The notes: generated by a model from the sequence alone, not told the origin. Shown: positions 1 through 9,232, counted from the stretch's first letter. The stretch: DNA of 35,008 bases from Phycisphaerae bacterium (GCA_030432455.1 JAUIHC010000001.1:1-35008), one strand, 5' to 3'. Numbers and translations: made by a program.

Positions 1-142
1 AATGATCCCTGGCACACCGTAGTGCGAAGAACGAAACGGGAATTTGCGAAGTGCCGCAGGAATCATCCCCCGCGCATAGGACCGCCGCCTGCCCTGTGTG
101 ATCCAGAGCACGCGGCTCGTCATCGTCCCCCGGCCCCCGGGT

Positions 143-451
143 TCAACCCGCCGGCCGCCCCCTTCCGCACCCCGTGGGGCTCCCCGGCCTGAGCCAGAAG
201 AGCAGCGGGGCAATGAGGGACGCCAGCAGCAAGTCCGGCCGACCGACGGCCAACCAGCCGGCGGCACCGGCCAAGAGGCCGGACCAGAACGAGAAGCACG
301 CCGCACAGTCGAGCACTCCAGCGCCCCGGATCAGCGACAGTAGCGGTCGCATGATTGACTCACGGACCCACGCACCCGGGCCGTCGCTGAACCCGAGGAG
401 TACGACGGCAAGGCCCATTGCGGATCCGACTGTCACCAGCAGCTCATACAC
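143..451 (-). CDS. small integral membrane protein (about 3 TM helices), holin-like or DUF1360-like
   Basis: 102 aa with hydrophobic stretches LLVTVGSAMGLAVVLLGF, CAACFSFWSGLLAGAAGWLAV and LLLASLIAPLLFWL. It is the last visible gene of the late operon, and its start overlaps the stop of the upstream gene. Confidence 0.45.
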   Translation of the reverse strand: MYELLVTVGSAMGLAVVLLGFSDGPGAWVRESIMRPLLSLIRGAGVLDCAACFSFWSGLLAGAAGWLAVGRPDLLLASLIAPLLFWLRPGSPTGCGRGRPAG

Positions 452-1226
452 GGCGTCGTCTCCCTTTCGCCTGGCGGACCGGGCCGCTGACGATGCCGGG
501 CGTCACAGTCGGCCGGCGGCTCGTGGGGGTCGCAAGCATGGCCTCGGCCGAGCATGACTCGATCGAGTAGGCAGATGTCCACCCCACCGAAACCGACAGG
601 TCAATCGAGTACTCGTTGGTGTAGGGCCAGCTGGTCGCGGCGCTCACTGACCCCTCAACCGTGATCGTTCGGTGGTAGTCCCCCGAGCCCGAGATCGAAG
701 CCACACTTGGATTGAACGTGTCAAAGCTGAACTGCGGCGGTGTCGGTGGCCAATTCGGGCCCTCCACCGCATAGGTGCCAGTCTTGTAGGCCAGCGTGCC
801 ATCGCCTGTGAACCCGCACTTGATGCGCATCCACCCCCAGGACCAGGTAAAGTAGAAGTCAAGCTCAATGCCGACGCCAGTCTTGCGCGGGAACCAGTCG
901 TACGACATCTCCCAGTCCGCGTAGATATTGCCGGATCCAGAGCACATGTCCTGGTTGTGGTCACCAAGCTCTGTCTGCGCAGCCACGCCACATGACCCAC
1001 CCAAGTTGTACTGCCCTGAGGGCGTGTCGCTGATGGTGTACGTGGTGCTGACCGGGTAGCACGACGACGGCGACGGGTCGTCGGTTGTTGCCGTCAGGTC
1101 CGCAGACCCTGACACACTCATGGTGACTGGGGCCGGGAAGTCGGGGTAGAACGGGTGGTCGATCCAATAGCGCATCGTGCTGCAGCAGCCAGTCTCGCAA
1201 CAGCATGCGTGGGCGTGGTTGCTCAT
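444..1226 (-). CDS. distal tail / receptor-binding candidate with an N-terminal Cys cluster
   Basis: I chose the internal ATG at 1226 (MSNHAHACCCETGCC...) because it forms an ATGA overlap with the stop of the 774-aa gene at 1223. The protein is 260 aa, rich in Ser/Thr/Gly/Trp (beta-type composition), and lies at the end of the tail module. Confidence 0.5.
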   Translation of the reverse strand: MSNHAHACCCETGCCSTMRYWIDHPFYPDFPAPVTMSVSGSADLTATTDDPSPSSCYPVSTTYTISDTPSGQYNLGGSCGVAAQTELGDHNQDMCSGSGNIYADWEMSYDWFPRKTGVGIELDFYFTWSWGWMRIKCGFTGDGTLAYKTGTYAVEGPNWPPTPPQFSFDTFNPSVASISGSGDYHRTITVEGSVSAATSWPYTNEYSIDLSVSVGWTSAYSIESCSAEAMLATPTSRRPTVTPGIVSGPVRQAKGRRRRV

Positions 1227-3547
1227 TCGCACTCCCCGTCGATGGAGTTGATCGCCTCGAACAGGCACCACTCATTGCCCGAGTCCCCGAAGGGGCCGGT
1301 CATCTCGACGACGCAGACGCCGAGCGGCTGCATCTCGAACCCCGACGGCAAGTTGCCCAGGTCAACGCCGTTGCCCTGGACGCCGGCGTCATCGTTGAAC
1401 GCCTCATTGAGGTTGTAGGCGAGGCCGTGCGTGGTGTGGGTCCGCCCACCGGACACCGTATCGAAGTCGCCGGCCGTGTCCGAGGCGACGACCTCCTCCC
1501 ACTGATATTCCCACCGGTTGTCCTCGCTGGACATCGCGCTGGCGGATGTCAGCTTGGCGAGCCAGGTCCCTTGGATGGCCCCGGCTTGGGGCACGACGAT
1601 CGGGGCGTTGGACGTCGACCGTCGTGTAGCCATCGCCTCCTCGAGTCCGCGTGTGCCGCCGGAGTTGAGCGGGTCGATGTCGGACAGGTCGAGTGTGATC
1701 CGCGGGGCGCCGCCGAGGGTCGGTCCAGCCTTGTCGGCCGCGGTACCTGGGACACGAAGGCGGCCGATGGCGCCGCGGAAGGAGCGGTTGGCATCATGCT
1801 CGCGCGACGCCAGCTCCGAGTTCGAGACCTCGTGCTGATTGATCCGCAGGATCGTGCGTTTGCGCCTGAGGTCCCACGAGACGGAGGTGATGGTGCCATC
1901 CGGCTCGACGTCGACGATGCCGCGCAGTTCCACGACGCCGCTCTGTGCGACTGCCGCGCCCGCGCGGACCTGTGCGATCGCGTTTGTGACCTGCTTCAGG
2001 TCGCTGAGGTTGATCTCCGTCCAGTCGCCCATGCCGTCCTGCTCCACCACGCGACGGAGCCAGGGGAGATCCACCCGGATCGTATCAGGGTCCTCCACGA
2101 TGGCATCGAATGCCATCTCGTCGACTGATGGATCGACCTCCGAGACCGTGACAACGCCGGCGGTGGCCGAGGCCTCGTAGGCGACGACGAGGAAGTCATC
2201 GGCGTAGGTGCCCGTGTGTGACTCATGAGCGAAGACGACCGAGAGGTCGGTGCCGGAGAGTGCCGCGGCCGAGCCGAACGACCCGTAGGGTCCCGGTGAC
2301 ATGCGCACCGCGAGCACATCGTTCGGGAAGGCGAAGACGCCCTCGTCAGCCATGACACGCACCCCCTCGATACGTACCGGATCGTCGGACCCGGACTCAG
2401 GGACGTTGCGCAGTTGGCTGTGTTGCCCCGGGACCGTGTACCGTCCGAGCATGATCGCGGCCTGCCCGCGCAGTTCCGTCCCATCATCGAGCGTGACCGC
2501 CTGTGGAATGTTGACGATCCGTCGCGCCTCGTCGATGAGTTCTGAGTCGAGGCGGACCGCACGGAAGAGCCGGCCGAACTGCTTCTTGTCCGACAGCGCC
2601 GGCGAGTCCGGCCCCTTCTTGAAGGTCGTCAGGTCATCGGGATCGAGTCCCGAGGTGGTCTCGGTCGCGTTGAGCCATGAGCCGGTCTCCGGATCGAACC
2701 ACACCCACTCAAGATCGGAGAGGCCGACTGAGCGGATCACCGAGGTCCGAGTCGATCCGCTCGTCACAATGATGTTGGTGGCTCGGTTCGCCGGCGCGTC
2801 ATACAGCTGATAGGTCTCGGCGAGCGCGGCAAGCGAACCGAGGGCGATGGTCTCACCGCCCTTTGCCAGCCTCACGACGGTGAACCCGGATCCGTCGTTC
2901 TTGAATACAGCCGCGTGGCCGAAGTAGGCCAGAACCGCTTCCAGTTCATCGATCGCGCTCGCATTCCCCCAGTCCAATGGCCCTGGAGCGTCCCACGTGT
3001 CGAGTGAGGAGGGCAGTGCGTCGTAAGTGAGGCCCATCGCATCGAAGCATGCTTCAATCAACTCCGTGCCGGCCAGGTAGTCGTCATGGGCAGAGTCGAC
3101 GACGCCGTCATCCCCGAGTGGGTTGACGGTACCCGTCGCGACGATTCCGCCGCGGCCCTCCTTCCACCAGCCGGGCTCCGTCACCAGCTCGAGCGCGATG
3201 GTCCGAACATCGGTTGGCGTTGCTCCGAGCGTGCCGTCCTCGTCGACATCTGCGCCGACCTCAAGGGCGGTGACTCGCAGGAGCCGGTATCCGCCCAGCG
3301 TCAGCGCATCGACGACGGGCGGGGTGGCGCCGGAACCGCTGTCGCCGAAGGTGAGCGACATCGGCTTGGTGAGGTCCCAATCCGACGGCTCCCATTGATC
3401 TGCCGGAGCGATCAACCGAAGCGCGTCACCGCTGAGCCCGATTGATCTGGTCGGGATCGAGCCGAGGCGCACCGGGAGTTCGATGGTCGACGGATCACCG
3501 TCGGACTTCGTGCCGCTCAGGTGCAGGATGGCGGTATCAAAGGGCAT
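1223..3547 (-). CDS. large tail hub / tail-associated (Tal-like) protein
   Basis: 774 aa, the second gene after the tape measure. The call rests on size and position typical of a siphovirus baseplate hub; I recognised no catalytic motifs. Confidence 0.45.
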   Translation of the reverse strand: MPFDTAILHLSGTKSDGDPSTIELPVRLGSIPTRSIGLSGDALRLIAPADQWEPSDWDLTKPMSLTFGDSGSGATPPVVDALTLGGYRLLRVTALEVGADVDEDGTLGATPTDVRTIALELVTEPGWWKEGRGGIVATGTVNPLGDDGVVDSAHDDYLAGTELIEACFDAMGLTYDALPSSLDTWDAPGPLDWGNASAIDELEAVLAYFGHAAVFKNDGSGFTVVRLAKGGETIALGSLAALAETYQLYDAPANRATNIIVTSGSTRTSVIRSVGLSDLEWVWFDPETGSWLNATETTSGLDPDDLTTFKKGPDSPALSDKKQFGRLFRAVRLDSELIDEARRIVNIPQAVTLDDGTELRGQAAIMLGRYTVPGQHSQLRNVPESGSDDPVRIEGVRVMADEGVFAFPNDVLAVRMSPGPYGSFGSAAALSGTDLSVVFAHESHTGTYADDFLVVAYEASATAGVVTVSEVDPSVDEMAFDAIVEDPDTIRVDLPWLRRVVEQDGMGDWTEINLSDLKQVTNAIAQVRAGAAVAQSGVVELRGIVDVEPDGTITSVSWDLRRKRTILRINQHEVSNSELASREHDANRSFRGAIGRLRVPGTAADKAGPTLGGAPRITLDLSDIDPLNSGGTRGLEEAMATRRSTSNAPIVVPQAGAIQGTWLAKLTSASAMSSEDNRWEYQWEEVVASDTAGDFDTVSGGRTHTTHGLAYNLNEAFNDDAGVQGNGVDLGNLPSGFEMQPLGVCVVEMTGPFGDSGNEWCLFEAINSIDGECE

Positions 3548-4835
3548 TGGTCAGGCTTGTCGGGGTGGGCATGGACTGTGACGAATCAAAGATGTACGAA
3601 CGCGTGACCTCGAGGACGTTCGTTCCGTTCGGCCGGCTCCTCCTCATCTCGCGCGGCTGAGAGGCGTAGTTGTCGGTGTTCATGAGCGCGGGAATCGACA
3701 CACTGGTGAATGGCCCGATGAACTCAAGCCGCCCGCGCTCGATGTAGCGCCAAGGGCGGTTCTCTCCAAGCCAGATGTCCGGGGTGTCCTCCGCATAGGA
3801 CGACTCGACCGCCTCCCGGCCGCCCGACACGTTGATGATGCTCTGTTCAAATGAGATGACTCTGATGCTCCCACCGAATGTCCCATCAGACACCCCGCCG
3901 ATGATCTCGTATCTGAACTGCACGCGGCCGGACGTCACCGCCGGTTGCGACACCTCCGACATCACGAGGAGTTCACCGCTGCCGGCAGTGGGCTTCTGAT
4001 CGGCGGCGAAGTCCGCAGGCCCCGAGCCGGTGCCCTCGGCCCAACCGCTGACGATCCGTCGCGTCAGACCGACCTTGTCGGCGGTGGTGACGTCCGTCAC
4101 CTGTGCGTCGAAGACATTGGGCGCAGAGCCCCAACCGGTAGATCCCGGGTTGCCGATGACGTACTCATAGCTGGCGAACGCGGTGTCAACCCCCGAGGTC
4201 ACCCGCGACTTGAAGGTGTAGTAGTTGCCCTGCGCGGTCGTCCTGGCGGGACCGACAACAACATCGTTGACGTAGTCCTCGGCGACCTGGTCCGGCCGCA
4301 CGCGCACCTCACCGCGGACCGTGGTCGTGCTGATGCCAACATGATCGATGTCGGTGATCGACTGTGATGTGTGCTCAACCAGGTTGAATCCATCGGCCTC
4401 GGCCGCGGCGGTCGGAATGACGGTCTCGGCCGCGAGCGTGAACCCGACGAACGGCCCGATGGTTCCCTCATCGATCGTCTCGATATTGATGCGTGGGTAG
4501 CCGGCGATCGAACCACCCGATGCGCCCGCGGCGGGGAGATCTCGAGGCGTCCCTCCAAGTTCGGTGACGCGCAGACGCACGCCCCGCTTTGCCAGGCTCG
4601 ATCGAAGCGTGTTGAGCAGGTCCGGCACGTTTGACATCGCACCTGCGCTCGCCAGGGCGAGCGACCTGATTCTCCATCGGATCCGCGTCATGGTGAGGGC
4701 GGAAACGTCATCATCACCGGCGATCGCTTCGGTCGTCTCCTCGAGCTTGAGGACGGGGTACGCGGCGGACTCGCCCGCCGACTCGTCGACGGTGAAGGAC
4801 CCGACAATCGTGATGAGGTCATCGATGAGTGTCAC
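3537..4835 (-). CDS. distal tail protein (Dit-like) candidate
   Basis: A GTG start at 4835 (VTLIDDLITIV...) overlaps the tape-measure stop as GTGA. The protein is 432 aa and lies immediately downstream of the tape measure. Confidence 0.45.
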   Translation of the reverse strand: MTLIDDLITIVGSFTVDESAGESAAYPVLKLEETTEAIAGDDDVSALTMTRIRWRIRSLALASAGAMSNVPDLLNTLRSSLAKRGVRLRVTELGGTPRDLPAAGASGGSIAGYPRINIETIDEGTIGPFVGFTLAAETVIPTAAAEADGFNLVEHTSQSITDIDHVGISTTTVRGEVRVRPDQVAEDYVNDVVVGPARTTAQGNYYTFKSRVTSGVDTAFASYEYVIGNPGSTGWGSAPNVFDAQVTDVTTADKVGLTRRIVSGWAEGTGSGPADFAADQKPTAGSGELLVMSEVSQPAVTSGRVQFRYEIIGGVSDGTFGGSIRVISFEQSIINVSGGREAVESSYAEDTPDIWLGENRPWRYIERGRLEFIGPFTSVSIPALMNTDNYASQPREMRRSRPNGTNVLEVTRSYIFDSSQSMPTPTSLTNAL

Positions 4836-5875
4836 ATGCCACCCCCGTAACGTTGCCGCATCTTGGACTTGTGCTCCAGGTAGGAATCCGCGAACGGCCT
4901 GTTGAGTTCCTCCTCCGACATCGTTCCGAAGCTGTCGGTGATGATCTCCGTCCAAGCCCGATAGTCGAACGCGGATGGGACCTCGTTGGCCGCCTGGCCG
5001 ATCGCCCGCACCCGATCTATCTGAGCGGTGAGGGCCTCGAGGTCACCGGTGATCTCCCTGATCGCCTGGCCGAGTTCACGAGCAGTCCTTCCCACCTCGC
5101 GGTTCAGGCGCCCCATCTGCTCCTCAAAGTCGCCGGCGATATCACCGGCCCCCGCGAATCCGAGCAGGAACTCCGCCATCCCGTTTCGTGCGACGCCGGC
5201 GAACGCTTGGTCGACGGTATCGAGCGACTGATTGAAGTTCGCGAGGCGGCGGATCCCGCGATCATCGATCACGAATCCGAGCCGGTCGTATCGGGAGATC
5301 ATCCCGTCGAGTGCATCTGAGCCGCCCTGCAGCGCCTGGCCGAGTCGTATGCCGATATCGTCGCCGAAGAGTGCAGAGCGGGCCGCGGCCTTGGCCGTGA
5401 CGTCGTCCATTTCTGCGAGTCGATCGATGATTCGCCGGAAGACATCCTCGGTCGTGCCGACGCCCTCCAGCTCGATGCCCATCTCCCGCAGCATCTCCGC
5501 GACGGGACCACCCTCACGTCGGGCCTCGCCAAGCTTGATGGCGAGTTCGGTCATCACGTCGCGAGCGCTCTCGCCGTCCCCGGTGAGCCGCTCAAACTCC
5601 TTCGAGAGCGCCTGGATCGTCTCGACGGTGAAACCGGTCTGGTCCGCCAGACGGGTCACGGCCTCGGCATCATTGAGGATCTCGCCGCCAAGCCGCACCG
5701 CACCTCGGGCCGCCTGGGAAGCGATGTCCGCGAAGCCGAGCACGGGGTTGGCGACGAACGATGCGAAGGTGTCGCCGAAGACGCGCGAGATCGACTCCGC
5801 CTGAAGCATCCCGCGCGCGAACCCGCCGGTGTCCAGTCCCAGGGTCGACGTGAATGATCCGATAGAGAACGCCAT
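4832..5875 (-). CDS. tail tape measure protein (short, 347 aa)
   Basis: I chose the internal ATG at 5875 (MAFSIGSFTS...), which has AGGAG 14 nt upstream. The sequence is Ala/Gly/Leu/Glu/Arg-rich and helical. It lies downstream of the tail tube and chaperone. Confidence 0.65.
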   Translation of the reverse strand: MAFSIGSFTSTLGLDTGGFARGMLQAESISRVFGDTFASFVANPVLGFADIASQAARGAVRLGGEILNDAEAVTRLADQTGFTVETIQALSKEFERLTGDGESARDVMTELAIKLGEARREGGPVAEMLREMGIELEGVGTTEDVFRRIIDRLAEMDDVTAKAAARSALFGDDIGIRLGQALQGGSDALDGMISRYDRLGFVIDDRGIRRLANFNQSLDTVDQAFAGVARNGMAEFLLGFAGAGDIAGDFEEQMGRLNREVGRTARELGQAIREITGDLEALTAQIDRVRAIGQAANEVPSAFDYRAWTEIITDSFGTMSEEELNRPFADSYLEHKSKMRQRYGGGM

Positions 5876-5882
5876 CGTTGCG

Positions 5883-6449
5883 TCAGAACTCCTGTCCGGT
5901 GTCGGGGCAGTTGTCACACAGCACGCTGAAGCCGCCCAGGGCGTCCGGCAGGCGGCTGTCGGCGCGTTGGGCCACCTGCATCCGATGAGTCCGCGTGCGG
6001 CCATTCTGCGGTGCCTGGGAGCCCTGCGGGTGGCGGTGGGCCTGCGATTGGGGCGCGGGGGATGCCGGCGGCTCGCGCTCCAGGCGCTCGCCGATGACCT
6101 GAGTCAGGTTGGCCTTTGTCGCCTCACGAACCCCGTCAGTCTGAAGCGCGAGGTAGGTGTCCTGGAGGACGAGAAGCTCGAAGCCGGTCAAGTCGTCGAT
6201 CATGCCACGGAACCGAGCCGGTACCAGCGCCGCGACGTCGCGCCGAAGTTGTCCGACGGGCCACCGGCCGAAGGTCTTGACCCGCAGCCAAAGGAGCACC
6301 CTCCGCGGAAGGTTGATCCAGCCGGGGGGAAGTTGGCCGGCGTTGTCGGCGTCGACCTCGTTCGGGTGGAGGAGGGGGACCTCGACGCCCCGGATGTCCA
6401 CCGTGTGGCCCCAGGGGATCTTCGACGGGTCGATCGTGAGCTTGGCCAT
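5883..6449 (-). CDS. tail assembly chaperone candidate
   Basis: 188 aa, located between the tail tube and the tape measure, with AGGAGG upstream. The C-terminal third is low-complexity (Pro/Gln/Ala/His). Confidence 0.5.
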   Translation of the reverse strand: MAKLTIDPSKIPWGHTVDIRGVEVPLLHPNEVDADNAGQLPPGWINLPRRVLLWLRVKTFGRWPVGQLRRDVAALVPARFRGMIDDLTGFELLVLQDTYLALQTDGVREATKANLTQVIGERLEREPPASPAPQSQAHRHPQGSQAPQNGRTRTHRMQVAQRADSRLPDALGGFSVLCDNCPDTGQEF

Positions 6450-6485
6450 GCGTGGCCTCCTGCCGCTGCAGTCAGTGAGGGGGGA

Positions 6486-6965
6486 TCAGGACGCCGGGCC
6501 GACGCGGCCCGCCTTGCCGTTGGAATCACGAAGACCCGAGAACGCGATGGCAACCTCCTGCGGGCCGACCCCGTCCTGATCGGACTTGATGCCCATGAAG
6601 TGGACCGCGTAGAAGTACAGGTCCCCGCTGTCGTCGGAGGCTGACGGGTTGTGGACCTGCATCGTTGTCGTCGGGAGTTGAGATCCGACGTCCGGCAGAT
6701 CACGCGGCGCCGGGGCGCTGCTCGCGAGGCCGATCGCCTGAGAGAGCGTCGCGACGTTCTGTTGGTTGATTACCAGCGTTCCGGCCACGCGTCGGCCCTG
6801 GACAATGCCGGCGAGTCCGTCCGTTCCGTAGCGCCCGGACTTCACCACGTGCACGTCGAGTGCGATGTCCCATTGAAGACGTGCGGTGAGCGGCGCGTTG
6901 TCGCCCCCGATCGTCACCTCGAAGAGGTCACCCAAGACCTCCGCAATATCTTCGCGGTCCGCCAT
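6486..6965 (-). CDS. major tail tube protein
   Basis: 159 aa with a strong AAGGAGG SD. It sits after the neck proteins and before the chaperone and tape measure. Confidence 0.6.
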   Translation of the reverse strand: MADREDIAEVLGDLFEVTIGGDNAPLTARLQWDIALDVHVVKSGRYGTDGLAGIVQGRRVAGTLVINQQNVATLSQAIGLASSAPAPRDLPDVGSQLPTTTMQVHNPSASDDSGDLYFYAVHFMGIKSDQDGVGPQEVAIAFSGLRDSNGKAGRVGPAS

Positions 6966-6982
6966 GCTGGCCGCCTCCTTTG

Positions 6983-7882
6983 CTATGCGTACACGTGGAA
7001 CAGGCCGCGGAGGGCTTCCGTGCTCTCCGGGTTGAAAACCGATGTCTCGGGGAAGGGGACAAGGTCCGTCGCCGGCCTGCTGTAGAGGTCGGTGTCATCG
7101 TCGTCGGTCGGCCAGACGGACTCGCCGGCGATCTCGACGAGCAGGTCCGTGATTGACGCGAAGTCCGCGAGCACGATCTCGACGTTGCCGCCGCCACCAC
7201 CGTTGTGACTGAGTGTCAGGACGCCCCCGCAGAGCTTCACGGTCGCCTCGGTGGCGCCACCGAGGCCCTCGTGCCAGATCTCGAAGACGGGGAGCGGCGC
7301 CGGAATCTCGGCGGGCGTGACCCGCGCGACGATCGACATCTGCGCCATCGCCTGGCCGTCATGCTCGTCGCCCTCTTGCCCGGTGGCTACGAGCTGCGGC
7401 TCGGTGAGGACATCGATCGTGACGACGCGCCAGAGGGTGAGCGTTGCGTTGCCATGCCAGGGCGAACCGTTTCCAGCCTTGAAGGGAGCCGGCGGGTAAC
7501 CCGGAACCCCGTCGATCGACGTGGCGCCCAGGTGACCGGGGACGTAGACGAAGGGCTTGCCGTTCGGCTTGATGACGTCGTAGAAGTCCGCCATCAGCCC
7601 CATTGCGCCAGTGGCGCCCTTGGGCATCTCCGCGGCGATCGTCACGGTCACACCGATGTGATTGGTCGGGTCGTAGGGCTCCGGCACAGACGACGGGCCG
7701 ATCTGCAGCGAAGCACCAGGCGTCAGTCGCCAGTCTGCCGCGGGGAGCACACCGGCGTAGACGTTCGCGGGATCCTCGCGCGCCGACTCAGCGAAGGTGA
7801 GGCCGCCGACCCACGCGGTGTTGTCGACCCAGTGGCGGCCGAGTTGGTCCAGGAGACGGTCGGAAGGTGGTCGAGCGGTCAT
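6983..7882 (-). CDS. tail terminator / neck-proximal protein with a C-terminal extension (function uncertain)
   Basis: 299 aa with an ATGA overlap onto the gp10-like gene. The position is where a tail terminator of about 130 aa is usually found. Confidence 0.35.
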   Translation of the reverse strand: MTARPPSDRLLDQLGRHWVDNTAWVGGLTFAESAREDPANVYAGVLPAADWRLTPGASLQIGPSSVPEPYDPTNHIGVTVTIAAEMPKGATGAMGLMADFYDVIKPNGKPFVYVPGHLGATSIDGVPGYPPAPFKAGNGSPWHGNATLTLWRVVTIDVLTEPQLVATGQEGDEHDGQAMAQMSIVARVTPAEIPAPLPVFEIWHEGLGGATEATVKLCGGVLTLSHNGGGGGNVEIVLADFASITDLLVEIAGESVWPTDDDDTDLYSRPATDLVPFPETSVFNPESTEALRGLFHVYA

Positions 7883-8286
7883 GAAGTACTCCCTGGGAAA
7901 TGCCGCTCCATCGCGGCCTTGAGTGACCTCTCCAGAATGGCCGGGCCGCTCCGGAAGATGGCGTTGACGAACCAGTGCTTCTTGGTCGGGTGCCGCTCGT
8001 GCACGGCGGCGGCGTACACCGCGCTTGCGCCCATCTCCGCGGTGCGGCCGTCGGGCGCGATCTCATCGAAGTGCGACTCGCGCAGGAAGCCGGTCTCCAC
8101 CGGCGAGTCGATCTGAGCCTCTCCGACGATGAGTTCGGATGCAATGCCCAGCGCCTCCGCGGCCACCTCGCGTTCGACCACTCGGCCGACCTCCCGGAGT
8201 GCGCGCTCAAGATCGCGGTAGTCACCGCCGCGTGTCTTGACCGTCGTCCGGCCTCGAGTGTTGAGCCTGAAGCGCCGCGCCATCAC
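7879..8286 (-). CDS. HK97 gp10-family tail completion / neck protein
   Basis: 135 aa with an ...IDSPVETGFLRESHF... motif resembling the gp10-family xDTGxLRxS signature. It has ATGA overlaps on both sides. Confidence 0.6.
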   Translation of the reverse strand: MMARRFRLNTRGRTTVKTRGGDYRDLERALREVGRVVEREVAAEALGIASELIVGEAQIDSPVETGFLRESHFDEIAPDGRTAEMGASAVYAAAVHERHPTKKHWFVNAIFRSGPAILERSLKAAMERHFPGSTS

Positions 8287-8675
8287 TCGACCTCCGGGAT
8301 CGTGATGCCGTCGTCGACCTGTGCAAGCTGCAGGCTGACAGCCGAAGCGATCATCGGCGTGTTGCGCGTGGTCGGGTTGCTCACATGCGTGACGACGTAG
8401 TTCTCAGCCTGACCCGCCCCGTTGTCGAGGGTGAGTTGAAGCCGATCGCCGGGCGCCGGCGTCAGGCCGATGGCGCGGAGGCGGTTCGACATGACACCGA
8501 CAAGACGGTCCACCTTGCGCCCGGCGTGGGTTGCGTTGCGGACAGCGCTCGCCGATGGATCGCTCACCTCCGCGTGGAAGATCGGCGAAACATCGACGGC
8601 CGTCAGGACGGGGCGGCCGTCGCCCCGCGTCCCGGTCTTGCGACCGTATGCCGTGATAGTCGCGTTGGGAATCAT
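8283..8675 (-). CDS. head closure / head-tail adaptor protein
   Basis: The internal ATG at 8675 (MIPNATITAYG...) forms an ATGA overlap with the upstream stop at 8672. The protein is 130 aa and lies between the gp6-like and gp10-like genes. Confidence 0.45.
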   Translation of the reverse strand: MIPNATITAYGRKTGTRGDGRPVLTAVDVSPIFHAEVSDPSASAVRNATHAGRKVDRLVGVMSNRLRAIGLTPAPGDRLQLTLDNGAGQAENYVVTHVSNPTTRNTPMIASAVSLQLAQVDDGITIPEVE

Positions 8676-9232
8676 GACATCACCCCCGTGACGCGCCGGT
8701 ACCTGCGCAGCAACGCCTGGACATCGGGGTGCAGCCGTGCCCACGCGGAGTTCGCGCGGCGCCCATCGATCGAGTGAGAGACGCGGCCCGTCGACAGGCT
8801 CATCATGCCGGCGTTCGCCTGCTCATGAATCTGGCGGGTGGCGTTGATGCCGGCCGCCTCCTCGGCCAGCACCGACGCCTGGACGACACACGCGATCCGG
8901 ACATTGGCGGGGATGGCCGCCACGGTCGCGCTCGCGGCTTCGTTCGGGTCGGGGTCGATGTATCCGACGTCGGATCCCGGCGTGTAGGTCGGGGCCGTGT
9001 CCGCGGTGCTCCGGTACGTCAGGCGCGGCCACGCCGCCTCCTGCGTCGTGCTTGCCGGGTACCCGTCCCACATGACGGCATCGATCAGGCCCGTTGCCTG
9101 GCGAAGGTGGATGAGTTGGTCGTCGGCACTCGCCGCCTCGAACGCGATGCGCCGGGTGTCGGTGGAAACCATGTGTGCCGCGATGATTGCCGCGGCCTCG
9201 GTCACATCGGCGTAGTAGGGTGCGCTGGTCAT
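8672..9232 (-). CDS. head-tail connector (gp6-like / DnaT_2-like adaptor)
   Basis: The internal ATG at 9232 (MTSAPYYADVTEA...) forms an ATGA overlap with the upstream stop at 9229. The motif ...LRQATGLIDAVMWDGYPASTTQEAAWPRL... resembles the adaptor family signature (A..id...f.G......Q.L.wPR). Confidence 0.55.
   Translation of the reverse strand: MTSAPYYADVTEAAAIIAAHMVSTDTRRIAFEAASADDQLIHLRQATGLIDAVMWDGYPASTTQEAAWPRLTYRSTADTAPTYTPGSDVGYIDPDPNEAASATVAAIPANVRIACVVQASVLAEEAAGINATRQIHEQANAGMMSLSTGRVSHSIDGRRANSAWARLHPDVQALLRRYRRVTGVMS

Noticed and set aside
1-142. Left-edge sequence as a Mu-type end (repeated TGCGAAG; weak similarity to the reverse complement of 34880-34942).
   Set aside because: By eye the match to the right-hand candidate end is only about 12 of 19 positions. 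A minus-strand frame is open from a possible ATG at 123 to the window edge (41 codons), so the element probably continues leftwards. That frame is too short to call as a gene.
98-557. Plus-strand ORFs 98..343 and 174..557.
   Set aside because: They are Pro/Arg/Ala-rich low-complexity translations antisense to the membrane-protein gene (143..451) and have no start context.
1205-2128. Long plus-strand ORF (307 aa) antisense to the 774-aa tail gene. Similar antisense or out-of-frame ORFs occur throughout, e.g. 5829..6644, 8729..9694, 9664..10551, 10585..11610, 12588..13652, 18800..20287, 26060..27094, 29545..30774, 32643..33566 and 33919..34866.
   Set aside because: These are high-GC shadow ORFs. 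They are Arg/Pro/Gly/Ala-rich with no motifs and no SD or coupling signals. Each overlaps a gene on the other strand or frame that has clear family motifs and fits a tiled, translationally coupled operon.
444-3547. Diversity-generating retroelement targeting the tail-fibre region.
   Set aside because: There is no reverse transcriptase ORF in the window. I found no template/variable repeat pair near the 3' ends of the distal tail genes.
5883-6449. Programmed -1 frameshift (G/GT-type) in the tail chaperone.
   Set aside because: I found no canonical XXXYYYZ slippery heptamer by eye and no suitably placed overlapping -1 ORF extending to the tape measure. I cannot exclude a non-canonical site without a computational scan.
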